Part shown: positions 1 through 9,611 of the stretch, piece after piece
Position numbering within the stretch: position 1 is the first letter of the stretch
Layout of the letters: each line of letters starts with the position of its first letter
Source of the DNA: an uncultured bacterium
Lineage (GTDB): Bacteria > Oederibacteriota > JAAXVQ01 > JAUVAV01
Reading direction: 5' to 3'
Assembly (NCBI GenBank): GCA_965371665.1
Contig: CBDUZI010000001.1
Location: 9,411-73,410, forward strand
DNA length: 64,000 nucleotides
Program-made: the position numbers and the translations under genes
Notes under the pieces: model-generated
Seen by the model: the letters and a program-made list of their open reading frames with translations, nothing else
What the model was told of the DNA's origin: nothing
Database searches by the model: none

Positions 1-81
1 AGTAAGTATGTTTTTACCCGGACCGGCCTGATCCGCCGTTTCTCCGCTGGAAGTCACAGATTCCAATTCCTTCAGCGCCAA
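1..81 (-). CDS. hypothetical protein, 5' end only (runs off the window start)
   Basis: The minus-strand sense reads AGGAGG-aaaga-TTG GCG CTG AAG GAA TTG GAA... with no stop down to position 1 (27 codons). A strong Shine-Dalgarno sits 5 nt upstream of a TTG start. The ORF is too short to classify. Confidence 0.3.
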   Translation of the reverse strand, partial: MALKELESVTSSGETADQAGPGKNILT

Positions 82-142
82 TCTTTCCTCCTGACTATTT
101 AATATCTGTTGTGGAAACCCTTTTTTATAGAAATTCTCTCGC

Positions 143-230
143 TTTGTCATTCCGAGCGAAGCGAGGAATCTCTAAAACCCCTGCTTTTCAAAGAGATTCC
201 TCGGTCGCTTCGCTTCCTCGGAATGACAAA
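143..230. repeat. imperfect ~35-bp inverted repeat (GTCATTCCGAG...GGAATGAC) forming a long hairpin between the sugar-binding protein gene stop and the next gene start
   Basis: Seen directly: tttgtcattccgagcgaagcgaggaatctct (143-173) pairs with agagattcctcggtcgcttcgcttcctcggaatgacaaa (192-230). The arm begins like the inverted repeat at 14442. Confidence 0.5.
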
Positions 231-260
231 AAAATTAAAATGGCCTTTCCGCAACAGAAA

Positions 261-1571
261 CTATTTAGCCATTACTTTTTGTTTAGTCTTCCAAGCCTGT
301 TTAAGCACTTTTTCCGGATCAGACTTTCCGATTAAAATGGACTGCATGCCTTTTGAGATCACTTCCCGGACTTCATATTTTTCTTCCATTTTCAGGTCCG
401 GGGTAAGATTTCGCATGCCCTTGGCAAAATCCTTAAGCAAAGGATCAATCTCATCCATGGCTTGGAAATTCGCCGGTATCTGCTTGGATTCCTTGGCCAG
501 CCTGACTTGTTGCTCTTTGGACAAAAACCAGCGTAAAAAGGCTACTGCTTCCTCCGGATTTTCCGAATTGTTGGTCACCGCACAGCCTTTCCCCACCCCG
601 CCGATAAGGTACATGGGATGGGCCGCATCCTCCGGCTTGGGAAAAGGAAAAACACCCAATTCCAGTTCCGAATTCATCTCGAGATAGACATTTACCGCCC
701 AGGAACCATTCAACATCATGGCCGCCTTCTGATTGGCAAAATTGATTTCCGCGTCTTTGTTGGACATGGAAACCGCTCCGGGGTAGAGTATCTTTTTTTT
801 CTGCATATCCACCACGCGCTCGAGAACGCTTACACATCCCGGGTCAGTATAGGGCAAGGTTCCCGAGTATAACTTGCGCATTTTTTCTTCTCCCAGATAA
901 GTCCAGCAATAAGCATTAAAAAAGGTATAATCGATCCAAAGATCTCCGAAGCCCACCAGGAAGGGAGGAATGCCGGCACGGTTAAGCTGATCCCCGGCCT
1001 CCAGGAATTCGTCCCAGGTTGCCGGGGGTTTTTCGGGATCCAGACCGGCTTTTTTGAAAAGCTGCTTATTGTAATATATCTGAATATTCATTACGGAAAT
1101 CGGCACACCCCAGAAGGTATCGGGCTTAACCTCATAGGCATTGCCTTCCTCGTAATGAAACGCTTTTAAGGCCCGCGGAAAAAAGGTGTTACGCCAGGCA
1201 GAAGTATCCGCGTTCAATTTCCCGGTCATTTCATATATTCTTCCAGCCCGAATATAGCGGGCCAGAAGTTCTCCGCCTCCCGCCAAGCCAATGATATCCG
1301 GCAAGGTGTTGGCATTAGCCGAGGCTTGCAGCTTATTAAAGTAATCCGAACCGACCGGCGCCGAGAGTTCGAATGCCACCTTAACCCCGGTCTCTTCCTC
1401 ATATTCCTTGGCCATACTTTCAAACATGGATTGCTGATCCGCCCACCATTCCCAAAAAGTAATTTTTACCTCCCTCTTTTTCTCGGGGTGCTTCCCGCAC
1501 CCGAACAACAAGCCACCTACCATCAAACCGGTCAATGCCAATGTGAACAGTCTACTTCTTTGAAGCTTCAT
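261..1571 (-). CDS. sugar ABC transporter substrate-binding lipoprotein (extracellular solute-binding family 1)
   Basis: 436 aa with a signal peptide and an LLFGC lipobox-like motif. Overall similarity is to MalE-type sugar-binding proteins (reading the translation). The ATG at 1571-1569 overlaps the TGA of the upstream gene (ATGA). Confidence 0.85.
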   Translation of the reverse strand: MKLQRSRLFTLALTGLMVGGLLFGCGKHPEKKREVKITFWEWWADQQSMFESMAKEYEEETGVKVAFELSAPVGSDYFNKLQASANANTLPDIIGLAGGGELLARYIRAGRIYEMTGKLNADTSAWRNTFFPRALKAFHYEEGNAYEVKPDTFWGVPISVMNIQIYYNKQLFKKAGLDPEKPPATWDEFLEAGDQLNRAGIPPFLVGFGDLWIDYTFFNAYCWTYLGEEKMRKLYSGTLPYTDPGCVSVLERVVDMQKKKILYPGAVSMSNKDAEINFANQKAAMMLNGSWAVNVYLEMNSELELGVFPFPKPEDAAHPMYLIGGVGKGCAVTNNSENPEEAVAFLRWFLSKEQQVRLAKESKQIPANFQAMDEIDPLLKDFAKGMRNLTPDLKMEEKYEVREVISKGMQSILIGKSDPEKVLKQAWKTKQKVMAK

Positions 1572-4500
1572 TTAATTTCCTCCTTCCAATTATTATTGCC
1601 CACGATATAAAAAACGGTAAAATTCCGCTTTTCCCCAGGCTTTAGAGTGACTTCTTTGCCTAATAGTTCCATGGTATAAAAATTCGAGTCCTGCCAAACA
1701 CCGATTTGACCAATCTCCTCATGCTTGAATAATTGCATAAAATAATCTTTAGTAGCTTGGTTTAGCCCTACCACCCAACCCGCACGCGGTTCATAAGAAT
1801 CTTTATCGATTTTCGCAATAAATTTTTCAGTTACGAACTTGACTCTTTTCTTATTTTCAGGGTCAGAGATTGGCATAATCATCCTATGTTGCTCGTCCGC
1901 AAAATTATTTTTACCCGGAGCAAGATCAGGATGATTGAACCACTGATATTTCATGATGTCACCCGATAAGTTGGTAACTTGATAGTCTACCTGGAGGCGT
2001 CTTCCCTTAGCAGGTAGTATCATAGTTCTTTCGAGAAGGAGCCCCTTGCGGGTTTTAGTATACATTTTAACCGCTGCTTCATTCCCGTCATCAGTTACAA
2101 TCTCCGCCTCCCAATGATTATTCCAAACCACACCAGGCCAGCCCGATGGAAACCAGTCATTTATACCTCCGTATTCAATCCAGTCCCTATCACCTTTACG
2201 TTTCGCTATCTTAGGATAATTTTGATAAAGCATATTAGCACCGGTTTCGCGATGATAAAACGCCATTATTCTCCCGCCAATATCCTGAACGGCTTGAATT
2301 TCCACTTCGGCATTCGCTAAAATGACATCCTCGTCGCCACGCTTCATGATATCACCCATTAACACTTTAGCTTCCCCTTCAACCACAACTGGATATATTA
2401 ATTTAAATCGTTTTATTTCCTGGGGACATCTCAATTCAAAACCAAGGGTTTCTTTTCGAGCTTTCAAAGGCAATATGGAAAACTCCAACAGGACCTCCCC
2501 ACCTTTAGGAACGCTGAAGTTTAATTCTTGCGGTTCTACTTGCAAACCCTTTGAGGGGGTTAACATCACTGTTCCTTGGGTACTCATATTCCCACTAGCA
2601 ATCAGTCGAATAATACCTGTACTTTTCTTACCTTTCACCAGCACTCGTGGTCCTTCGCATGAAATAATTCGCCACACGGGCAAAACTTCAACTTTCTGAG
2701 GTTTAGACTTAAAAAAATTCTTCTTGACTCGAAAACTCGCAATAATGTCATAAGTTTTTTTCTTTTCAAGACTCGGTGGCAAAACAGAAAAAGTAAGTTT
2801 CTTTGTTTTCCCTGTATTTAGGTCCAACTTTTCTTCCTTTTTCCCTTTCCACGCTTTCGGCAGATTTAGCATCACCCTCCCTCTGACTTTTTCCGTGAAG
2901 TTATTCTTTACTTCCACTTCCAGTTTCGTCCATTTTCCCGCAGATACTGCTTGTTGGTCAGTCAGAATATCAACCTCAAAGGGCGAAATAACTTTAACAA
3001 TACCTTGGGATGAAACCGTTTTTACTTTTCTTCCCCGTGGAGTAATGAGTTCTCCTTTCAACCAGATAATATCTCCGGCTTCCGCGGTAGAAGGAATTTG
3101 AAAGGGGAAAACGGTTGAGATCACCTGGCCAGAAGCTAATTGGGGGATAGGACGCGTTTTCAACACGTGCTGAGGAGAAAGTGTGGCATAACCCGCCCGG
3201 GAATTAATCACAGGTTCGTTGCGTTTCACGAGCCATGCGGATAACGCTAAGCGAGCATTAGAAAGCACTTTCTGACTTAAATTCCTCGCTTCCAAACCAA
3301 TCTGAATCTCGGTATTAACTGTTGCACTTAACTTTGAAGCACGTACATTAATAAAATAATCCTGCTTATACTTTGCATTATATTCCATGACATATGTACT
3401 CGCTTCCGTAGCCGCCCCAACAGCATCCGGATAGAAGGAGATCGTCTGGGGTGTAGTTGCCACGAAGGTTATTGGTCTCCCCCCCTGCCGGACAGTAATG
3501 GCTTCATCGAATTTCCATTCCGCAGGACGCGGTAAGGTTAAGAGCGTTTTTTGATATTGCTGCAACTGGATAACCGTGATCCGGTTTTTTTCTCTTTCAA
3601 TGACGAGGTACTGGTCGCCGGTTAAATCAAATCCATAAAGACGGGAAAAGCGGCCGGCTAAAAAGGTCCCGGAATTATTTGTAGCTATAAAACCGTTTTT
3701 AGAAACTGTATGGTTTAATACCTCCAGTTCATGGACATTTGAAATATTCGCCAAAATACCCAGATCAGGATAGGCGGACCAGAAAATCCGGTTGGGCTCC
3801 GGCTGGGAATAATTCAGTAGTGGTTTGCCCACATATTTGGATACGACTCGTTTCTGTAATTGATCCGCCAGGGCAAACCATTTTTTTTGATTATGCCATC
3901 TAGAAACCCAGCGACCATTCAGCATATGGTAGCCATGGGCGAGATACCAGACTATTTTTTCATGACTCTCACAAAATACTTCATGGGCGAGGTCATGATG
4001 AAAAAAACAAACATGTTCGTGACCGAGATACTGCGCTATAGGAAAATATTCCCAGTTCCCTTCTCCGAAAAGGTTATTATAATCCACACTCTCCGGAACG
4101 GTAAAAGAAGCCAAGCCGCTGAAACCGCTCATCATGGGTATCAAGCGATCGTATCCCTGTTCAGTAAACAAAGGACCCAATTTCAGGTATGCTTCACAGT
4201 TTTCATACCAGGCTTGGCAATAACCGATCGGATTTTTTAATGTCGGATTTAAATCAAAATAAATAAAACGCGCACCAATCTGATCCAGGAATAATATATC
4301 GATACCATATTCTTTAAAAAATTTATTCGCAATATGATTCCCGGCTTTGACCACAGCGGGATGGCGAGGCGAAGCCGCCCAGCCTTTTCCGCCGGAAGGA
4401 TAGAATTCATATTTAAGATCATTCTTTAAATCCCGGCTCGCTATCTCTTCCGGACCACCTGCTCTTTCCAATGTCGGACTAATATTCCAGAAAGTCGGAT

Positions 4501-6784
4501 TGGTATAAGGCATAACCACCAGGTCATGCTTCTTGGCCAAAGCAATGCTTTTTTTAAAATCGGCATTCGTCCCAAAGGTCGGATCAACAGGCCAGAAGTC
4601 CGGCATATGCCGATCGAAGCCTTCCAACCACCAAGCTACAAAATGAACAATCGTCCCTTTGGGCAATTCTTTAAAATATTTATTAACATAACGAAAACTG
4701 CGATTCATATCCAAAGAAATTTTCAATAATACCCCTTGCCTAATTTTAGAAAATAAGGTTTTACCCAATTTATCAATCAAAAGCGGAGCCTTGGTCAGCT
4801 TATTGTCTTTTTTAAAACGTCGCAAAGCAGCCTCAACTTTTTCACCAAATACCATTCTCAACGGTTGGCCCTCCCAGCTGGTTTTCGGCTCAATATAGGT
4901 CGTCCAAACGTGTTCATAAACACCACGCCTGCCGCGAGCGTAACCAACATTAATTCGGGTCGATTCGATCGGCTTATCTGCCCAAAGCAGAAAAGAAGAA
5001 AATTGTCCCCCGTCAGTTAAAGACCAGTTGATAAAGTCTGAGAATAAAAAGGGATAAGTCGTTTTCCAACGCCGTTTATTCTTAAAAAATTGCTGATTAA
5101 ATGCTATTCCCATACGCCACGGTAAATAAAATCGTTCAAGTTTTCCATAATCAAAGCTCAACTTGGGCATTTCCACTCCAATAACCGTCTTATCCTCATG
5201 ATTTTGAAATTTGGCATACAAATCAAAGTAGTTATAGTTACTGAACACCAAATTGACAGCCATGACCGAAGAACCTCGTTGGGAGAGCAAACGAAGCGTA
5301 CGGCTACTCTCGATCCATCGATATGAAAATTTTGCTTCCTTATCTGCCAGAAACTCCTCGGAATTGAGAAAGGTTCCTTCTTTAAACATAATCCGCCAAA
5401 GGTAAGCATGTTCAAACCCTAATGAAACTCGGGAATTATTTATCCTATCTGTCAGAGATTCGAAAACCCCGGTTTTGCGGCTCAGAATCACCTGATAATA
5501 CTTATTTTGAATTGTAAGTTGATTTCCGGTTTCAGAAAATCCCGGGGGGCTACTCTCTTGGGAAACCGTTTGGGCCCTATGCTTCTCCCCAAAAACCTTT
5601 TGCAGGCCCCCTTGATCCAGAGATTTTTTTTGCTTTTTATAGGTAACCGGCAATGGTGCTTTAGTATAGGGTTGAGCGGCGATCAGAGACGGAAGCGGTT
5701 GAATTAACTGGGAGGGAACAAAGCCTGCCACCAATTTGATTTTTCTTTTCCCGATAAATTTGACCGAAGAAAACTCGATTTCGTGACCCCTATTAGGCTT
5801 TTTCTCATCCTCGGTTGTAACTCCTAATTTTAATATAAATGTCTGCGGACCTTTTAAATAATTAAACTTCCCAGCTAAATCATAAATATACCTCCCGGGT
5901 TTGGAAATGTACTCTAAGCGATGATACCCTCCGCGAAATTGAGGGCCACTAAAAATCACATACATATTGGCGGTTAAGCGACCAACCTTAATCTCTAATT
6001 TGGGATACTCCTCGAAATCGACTGTCAGCTCTTTGTTTACACAGCCATAGCACTGGTGCGGGTAATCGCCGATTAGCTTGATTTTTTCATCTTCGGTTTT
6101 TTGAAGATGAGCGCCTGAACTCCCGCCATTTTCAGCACGATTACTCCAACCTAAAACGCTGGTTTCCAAGGTGGCCTTTTCTAACGCCGCTTCCTCAGCT
6201 TCTGATAAACCCTTCTGGGCCACCACCTTTATCTTTTTTGCCCTGCTGGAGGATACCAATTTCAAACTGGAAAATGTAAAACTCAATCCTTTATTTGCAG
6301 GACGTTCGGAAGTGGCTATCCCTAATTCCAGACGTATTCTTCGGACCCCATTCAAGCCGGTTGCTTTTCGAATATTGTAAGCTCTTTTCCCGACCGCCTT
6401 GGTTCCTTTTTCGGGCTTAATATAATCATTTTTACTAAAACCATCCTCGATATTAGGATTTTGAATCACTAAATACCAAGCCGCATTACAAGCCGTAACT
6501 TCAATTTCCAAAATAGGATATTTATCCAGGTCCCATTCAATATTCTGATAAACCATACCGTAAAAGAGGCTCGTGGAGGTGCCGATCACCCGGGCCTGGT
6601 TTTCAAAGAGCTTAATCTTAGCGCCGGTTGGGGTGTCGTCAGGCCAGGCCACACGCCAACGTTCCAGCGATTTATGCTTGGCATCGAATAAAACATGAGC
6701 CTTAACCTTGGCCTCCACGTGATTAACCCCCCAGGCAGCGAATATAAAGGCAGTAAATATTATTCCACATAAAAAATTTTTCAT
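1568..6784 (-). CDS. large secreted multidomain protein (1738 aa) with two N-terminal beta-sandwich domains, a central TIM-barrel glycoside-hydrolase-like domain, and a C-terminal beta-rich domain
   Basis: The signal peptide is MKNFLCGIIFTAFIFAAWGVNHVEA. The N-terminal repeats carry the AAWYLVIQNP and DFEEYPKLEIKVGRL motifs also found in the giant protein and the 9612 gene. The central HFVAWWLEGFDRHMPDFWP...DILFLDQIGA region (roughly 3600-4650) looks like a TIM-barrel glycoside-hydrolase-like domain. The 4-nt overlap with the binding-protein gene implies cotranscription. Confidence 0.75.
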   Translation of the reverse strand: MKNFLCGIIFTAFIFAAWGVNHVEAKVKAHVLFDAKHKSLERWRVAWPDDTPTGAKIKLFENQARVIGTSTSLFYGMVYQNIEWDLDKYPILEIEVTACNAAWYLVIQNPNIEDGFSKNDYIKPEKGTKAVGKRAYNIRKATGLNGVRRIRLELGIATSERPANKGLSFTFSSLKLVSSSRAKKIKVVAQKGLSEAEEAALEKATLETSVLGWSNRAENGGSSGAHLQKTEDEKIKLIGDYPHQCYGCVNKELTVDFEEYPKLEIKVGRLTANMYVIFSGPQFRGGYHRLEYISKPGRYIYDLAGKFNYLKGPQTFILKLGVTTEDEKKPNRGHEIEFSSVKFIGKRKIKLVAGFVPSQLIQPLPSLIAAQPYTKAPLPVTYKKQKKSLDQGGLQKVFGEKHRAQTVSQESSPPGFSETGNQLTIQNKYYQVILSRKTGVFESLTDRINNSRVSLGFEHAYLWRIMFKEGTFLNSEEFLADKEAKFSYRWIESSRTLRLLSQRGSSVMAVNLVFSNYNYFDLYAKFQNHEDKTVIGVEMPKLSFDYGKLERFYLPWRMGIAFNQQFFKNKRRWKTTYPFLFSDFINWSLTDGGQFSSFLLWADKPIESTRINVGYARGRRGVYEHVWTTYIEPKTSWEGQPLRMVFGEKVEAALRRFKKDNKLTKAPLLIDKLGKTLFSKIRQGVLLKISLDMNRSFRYVNKYFKELPKGTIVHFVAWWLEGFDRHMPDFWPVDPTFGTNADFKKSIALAKKHDLVVMPYTNPTFWNISPTLERAGGPEEIASRDLKNDLKYEFYPSGGKGWAASPRHPAVVKAGNHIANKFFKEYGIDILFLDQIGARFIYFDLNPTLKNPIGYCQAWYENCEAYLKLGPLFTEQGYDRLIPMMSGFSGLASFTVPESVDYNNLFGEGNWEYFPIAQYLGHEHVCFFHHDLAHEVFCESHEKIVWYLAHGYHMLNGRWVSRWHNQKKWFALADQLQKRVVSKYVGKPLLNYSQPEPNRIFWSAYPDLGILANISNVHELEVLNHTVSKNGFIATNNSGTFLAGRFSRLYGFDLTGDQYLVIEREKNRITVIQLQQYQKTLLTLPRPAEWKFDEAITVRQGGRPITFVATTPQTISFYPDAVGAATEASTYVMEYNAKYKQDYFINVRASKLSATVNTEIQIGLEARNLSQKVLSNARLALSAWLVKRNEPVINSRAGYATLSPQHVLKTRPIPQLASGQVISTVFPFQIPSTAEAGDIIWLKGELITPRGRKVKTVSSQGIVKVISPFEVDILTDQQAVSAGKWTKLEVEVKNNFTEKVRGRVMLNLPKAWKGKKEEKLDLNTGKTKKLTFSVLPPSLEKKKTYDIIASFRVKKNFFKSKPQKVEVLPVWRIISCEGPRVLVKGKKSTGIIRLIASGNMSTQGTVMLTPSKGLQVEPQELNFSVPKGGEVLLEFSILPLKARKETLGFELRCPQEIKRFKLIYPVVVEGEAKVLMGDIMKRGDEDVILANAEVEIQAVQDIGGRIMAFYHRETGANMLYQNYPKIAKRKGDRDWIEYGGINDWFPSGWPGVVWNNHWEAEIVTDDGNEAAVKMYTKTRKGLLLERTMILPAKGRRLQVDYQVTNLSGDIMKYQWFNHPDLAPGKNNFADEQHRMIMPISDPENKKRVKFVTEKFIAKIDKDSYEPRAGWVVGLNQATKDYFMQLFKHEEIGQIGVWQDSNFYTMELLGKEVTLKPGEKRNFTVFYIVGNNNWKEEIK

Positions 6785-7042
6785 TAAGCATAACCCTCCT
6801 AATTCGACTCTGCAATCAGCCTTTTACAGCCTCGGCTCTTCGTCTTATACTACCCACCCCAAACCGAAAGCAAAAACTGCTTTTTAGACACAGAAGCTCG
6901 AAGATTAAATCCCAAATCCGAAGCACCAAATCCGAAACAAATCCAAATTTCAAACTTCAAAATTCAAATAAAAAACAAGAAAAATCTTTGACCGGCTTTA
7001 CAGGATATACAAGATTTTATAAAAAATCATGTTCATCCTGTC

Positions 7043-7112
7043 AAAAAAATCACTATTTTCCTGCCACAAGCGGTTAATTACGTTTATCTGCGTCCATCGG
7101 CGGTTGTTAATT
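7043..7112 (-). promoter_or_regulatory. conserved upstream element A (copy 1): tcactattttcctgccacaagcggttaatta-N-ATCTGCGtccATCGGCGGttgttaa
   Basis: A 70-bp block about 270-340 nt upstream of the 1568..6784 start. Near-identical blocks occur at 18592-18670 and 22485-22552, and the core recurs at 16765 and 20541. It contains a direct repeat of the CATC(G/T)GCG half-site at about 10-bp spacing. Confidence 0.45.
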
Positions 7113-7175
7113 TCTTGGTCATTCGAATTTCGATATTCGAATTTAATTACAATCTCTCTATGCCTCTGTGGCCCT

Positions 7176-8129
7176 CTAATATACCAAACCCACCGTAAAG
7201 AATTGAGTACCTCCAAAGCTGTCTGAGCTCCAAGTGGTAACCCGATAGGCATAGTCCAAACGAAAAGTGCACACCCCTATTGCTGTCCGAACACCGACGC
7301 CAAAGGTCATGCCTTCTGTCCCATCCGGGGCCAGGGCATACCCCAGGCGGGCCGCAAAAACACCGGCATAAAAAAATTCGCCTCCCATATGCAAGCTGGT
7401 TTCGGATTCCAGAGTCTGTTCAATATCCAGCGCCACAAAAAATTTTTCCAGTAAGCCTGACAACAAATCATATTTTGCGGAAAGAACAATACGCAGGGGC
7501 AGTGGATCCGCCTCATCGATGAATTTCAGGGGCAGGCCGAGATTTTTTACCGCCAGGCCGACCAGAGCCTCGGGCGCGGCTTCCCAGAGAACGCCGATGT
7601 CCGCCGCAAGGGTATTCGCGGAATATTCTCCCAGCGTGGAATTGAGAAACTTCAAGTTCAACCCGCAGGAGAAACCATCCAAAAATTTTGAGACCGGCCG
7701 GCCCAGGGAGATGATACCCAAAATATCTCTAACCTCAACGGACGACTGGCTGGTGCCGGCATCATTTAAAGACGGCATCCCGTGGTAGACAAAGGTAACT
7801 CCCAGTACTCCGAGGTGTGAGAACGGCATGGCAAAATTCAAGATCTCGGAATAGTCTTCCGCAATTCCGGTCTGATGCGTAAAAAGCCCGCTCACCCTCT
7901 GGACGGATTGCAAACCCGCCGGATTGTAAAATATAATCCCTGGATCGCCTGTTAGGGTACCACCAGCCCCACCCAAGGCACTGGCCCGGGCTGTGTTAGC
8001 CGTCACCAGCAACAGTCCTCCAGATGTATCGGCCGCATCGGCCTGCACCGCCAGGCAGATAACCGACATGCCGGCCACCACCAGACCAGTCGTTAGCATC
8101 AACATTTGAGAAATTCTTTTTGGGCTCAT
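7176..8129 (-). CDS. FadL/PorV-like outer-membrane beta-barrel protein
   Basis: The likely true start is MSPKRISQMLMLTTGLVVAGMSVICLAVQA (signal peptide); the ORF track extends it to 8234. The motif TLTGDPGIIFYNPAGL resembles the N-terminal FadL/OMPP1 hallmark (..ADDA...NPAxL). The protein ends in an aromatic residue (..TVGLVY). Its start ATG overlaps the TGA of the 8126..9601 gene. Confidence 0.65.
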   Translation of the reverse strand: MSPKRISQMLMLTTGLVVAGMSVICLAVQADAADTSGGLLLVTANTARASALGGAGGTLTGDPGIIFYNPAGLQSVQRVSGLFTHQTGIAEDYSEILNFAMPFSHLGVLGVTFVYHGMPSLNDAGTSQSSVEVRDILGIISLGRPVSKFLDGFSCGLNLKFLNSTLGEYSANTLAADIGVLWEAAPEALVGLAVKNLGLPLKFIDEADPLPLRIVLSAKYDLLSGLLEKFFVALDIEQTLESETSLHMGGEFFYAGVFAARLGYALAPDGTEGMTFGVGVRTAIGVCTFRLDYAYRVTTWSSDSFGGTQFFTVGLVY

Positions 8130-9601
8130 TTTACTACCGCTACCCGAATATTCTTCTGGAATCGATTGCTTTCGAGCCTGATGATATAGACACCGCTGGC
8201 GACCCAGTCGCCGTTGGCATTCTTGCCATCCCACCGCACCTGGTCATCCACGGCTCCGGAAGCCGGGCCGTCGACTAAGGTACGTATTTTGCGGCCGGCT
8301 AAATTGTAAACCGTGATCCTCACCCGGCTGGCGTCTTCCGCACCGTAATGAATGGTTAATGACCCTTGCTTGGGCCGGAAGATGTTGGCAGAAGGCCGGA
8401 GTTCATTCACACCAACGATGGGCGTAGGGGTAGCGGTTGGCGGTTGGCTGGTTATCTCCAAGCAGTCGAATCCGAGCTTATCGCCATCGGCACTGCCGAT
8501 CCAGATAACAACGCGGAAAGTCTTTATCCCCGACCAACCGGTCGCAGAGGCATAATCGTAAACCAGAACCCCGGGCTGGGTAAGATTCGGAGACAAGGCG
8601 TGATAGTCTGTGCCATCATAAACATTGAGTAATTGGATTGTGGCCTGCGCGCTGCCTTCAGGCTCCACGGAATCCACCGTGGCAATGAAATACGGAAAGG
8701 CCGTTACATCCGTGGTAATAGGAGCGCTTTCCATCTTGTGCTCGCCCGTACCGGTAAAGGTCACCCAGCCGATGCCGGCTTGCGCATCCAGTTGCACGTT
8801 CGTCAACGTCCAATCGCTGGGAGGATCAAAATCCTCCACCCAGCCATTATTGACTCCAGTCGGTGTCGATGTTGGAGTATAAGATGTTGGAGTATAAGTA
8901 GCACTGTTTGTCGAAGTAGGTGTTATAGTTGGCGTATCTGTCATAGTCCAATCCGGAGTCTGAGTGGATGTGGGGCTCTTGGTTGGGCTGTCCGTAGGTG
9001 AACAGACCATAGTTTCCGTGGGAGTGGGTGATACTGTCGGCGTTGCGGTGGGGGTATAATCCACGTCATAAATGCGGACCGAATCAAAAGTAGCATAACA
9101 CCACTGCGGGCCGTACACTTTAAGCACAAAATAATAGAGCTGCGTTCCACTTTCTCCAGTAACCGAAGAAATATTATAGGAATAGGTGCCGGGTACGGTG
9201 GGAGTGCCAAACACAAAATATTCCCAGGTGGGCTTCTGCAGGGCTATTTCCACCTTGGTCGTACCCGCCTGGATGTCGCTGATGACGACCTCCATCCTGT
9301 TATATGTGCTTAAATCCACTGATTTAGTAATCGATGTGACATATCCGGCTCCGTCCATGCCGGTGACGGTAATATCTGCGTAACTGTCGCTCTGGCTATA
9401 AACCATCTCTGCCGGATTCGGCCCGCCGCCCCGGTCCGTGACATCGAACCAGCTTCCGGGCTTTTCTCCGGGCGTGCCGCCGGTAAAATCATCCATCCAG
9501 AGATTTGTTGCCTGGACCAAAGCAGCTGCACTCAGGCAAAGCCACCCGGCAGCCAGCCCTATCCGGCTGACCCGCAAAAAAGTACGTCCCCCTCTATGCA
9601 T
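8126..9601 (-). CDS. secreted protein with two beta domains, a Thr/Pro-rich linker and a C-terminal FlgD-Ig-like / T9SS-type sorting domain
   Basis: Signal peptide LAAGWLCLSAAALVQA. A TPTATPTVSPTPTET... low-complexity linker. The C-terminus VYNLAGRKIRTLVDG...GVYIIRLESNRFQKNIRVAVVK is typical of FlgD-like and Por-secretion C-terminal domains. Confidence 0.7.
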   Translation of the reverse strand: MHRGGRTFLRVSRIGLAAGWLCLSAAALVQATNLWMDDFTGGTPGEKPGSWFDVTDRGGGPNPAEMVYSQSDSYADITVTGMDGAGYVTSITKSVDLSTYNRMEVVISDIQAGTTKVEIALQKPTWEYFVFGTPTVPGTYSYNISSVTGESGTQLYYFVLKVYGPQWCYATFDSVRIYDVDYTPTATPTVSPTPTETMVCSPTDSPTKSPTSTQTPDWTMTDTPTITPTSTNSATYTPTSYTPTSTPTGVNNGWVEDFDPPSDWTLTNVQLDAQAGIGWVTFTGTGEHKMESAPITTDVTAFPYFIATVDSVEPEGSAQATIQLLNVYDGTDYHALSPNLTQPGVLVYDYASATGWSGIKTFRVVIWIGSADGDKLGFDCLEITSQPPTATPTPIVGVNELRPSANIFRPKQGSLTIHYGAEDASRVRITVYNLAGRKIRTLVDGPASGAVDDQVRWDGKNANGDWVASGVYIIRLESNRFQKNIRVAVVK

Positions 9602-9611
9602 ACGCCATCCC

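Noticed and set aside
109-687. 192-aa plus-strand ORF overlapping the sugar-binding protein gene and the 143-230 hairpin
   Set aside because: It is antisense to a well-supported binding-protein gene; the translation is low complexity and runs through an inverted repeat.
7060-7080. Possible sigma-54 (-24/-12) promoter within element A (cctgccacaag / sense TGGCAGGAAAATAGTGA)
   Set aside because: The GG-N10-GC spacing is not satisfied (no GC at -12). The element is better explained as a direct-repeat transcription-factor site.
8130-8234. N-terminal 35-residue extension of ORF 7176..8234 (MGWQECQRRLGRQRC...)
   Set aside because: It overlaps the 3' end of the 8126..9601 CDS. The internal Met (MSPKRISQML...) gives a proper signal peptide and an ATGA overlap with the upstream stop, so the shorter CDS 7176..8129 is preferred.
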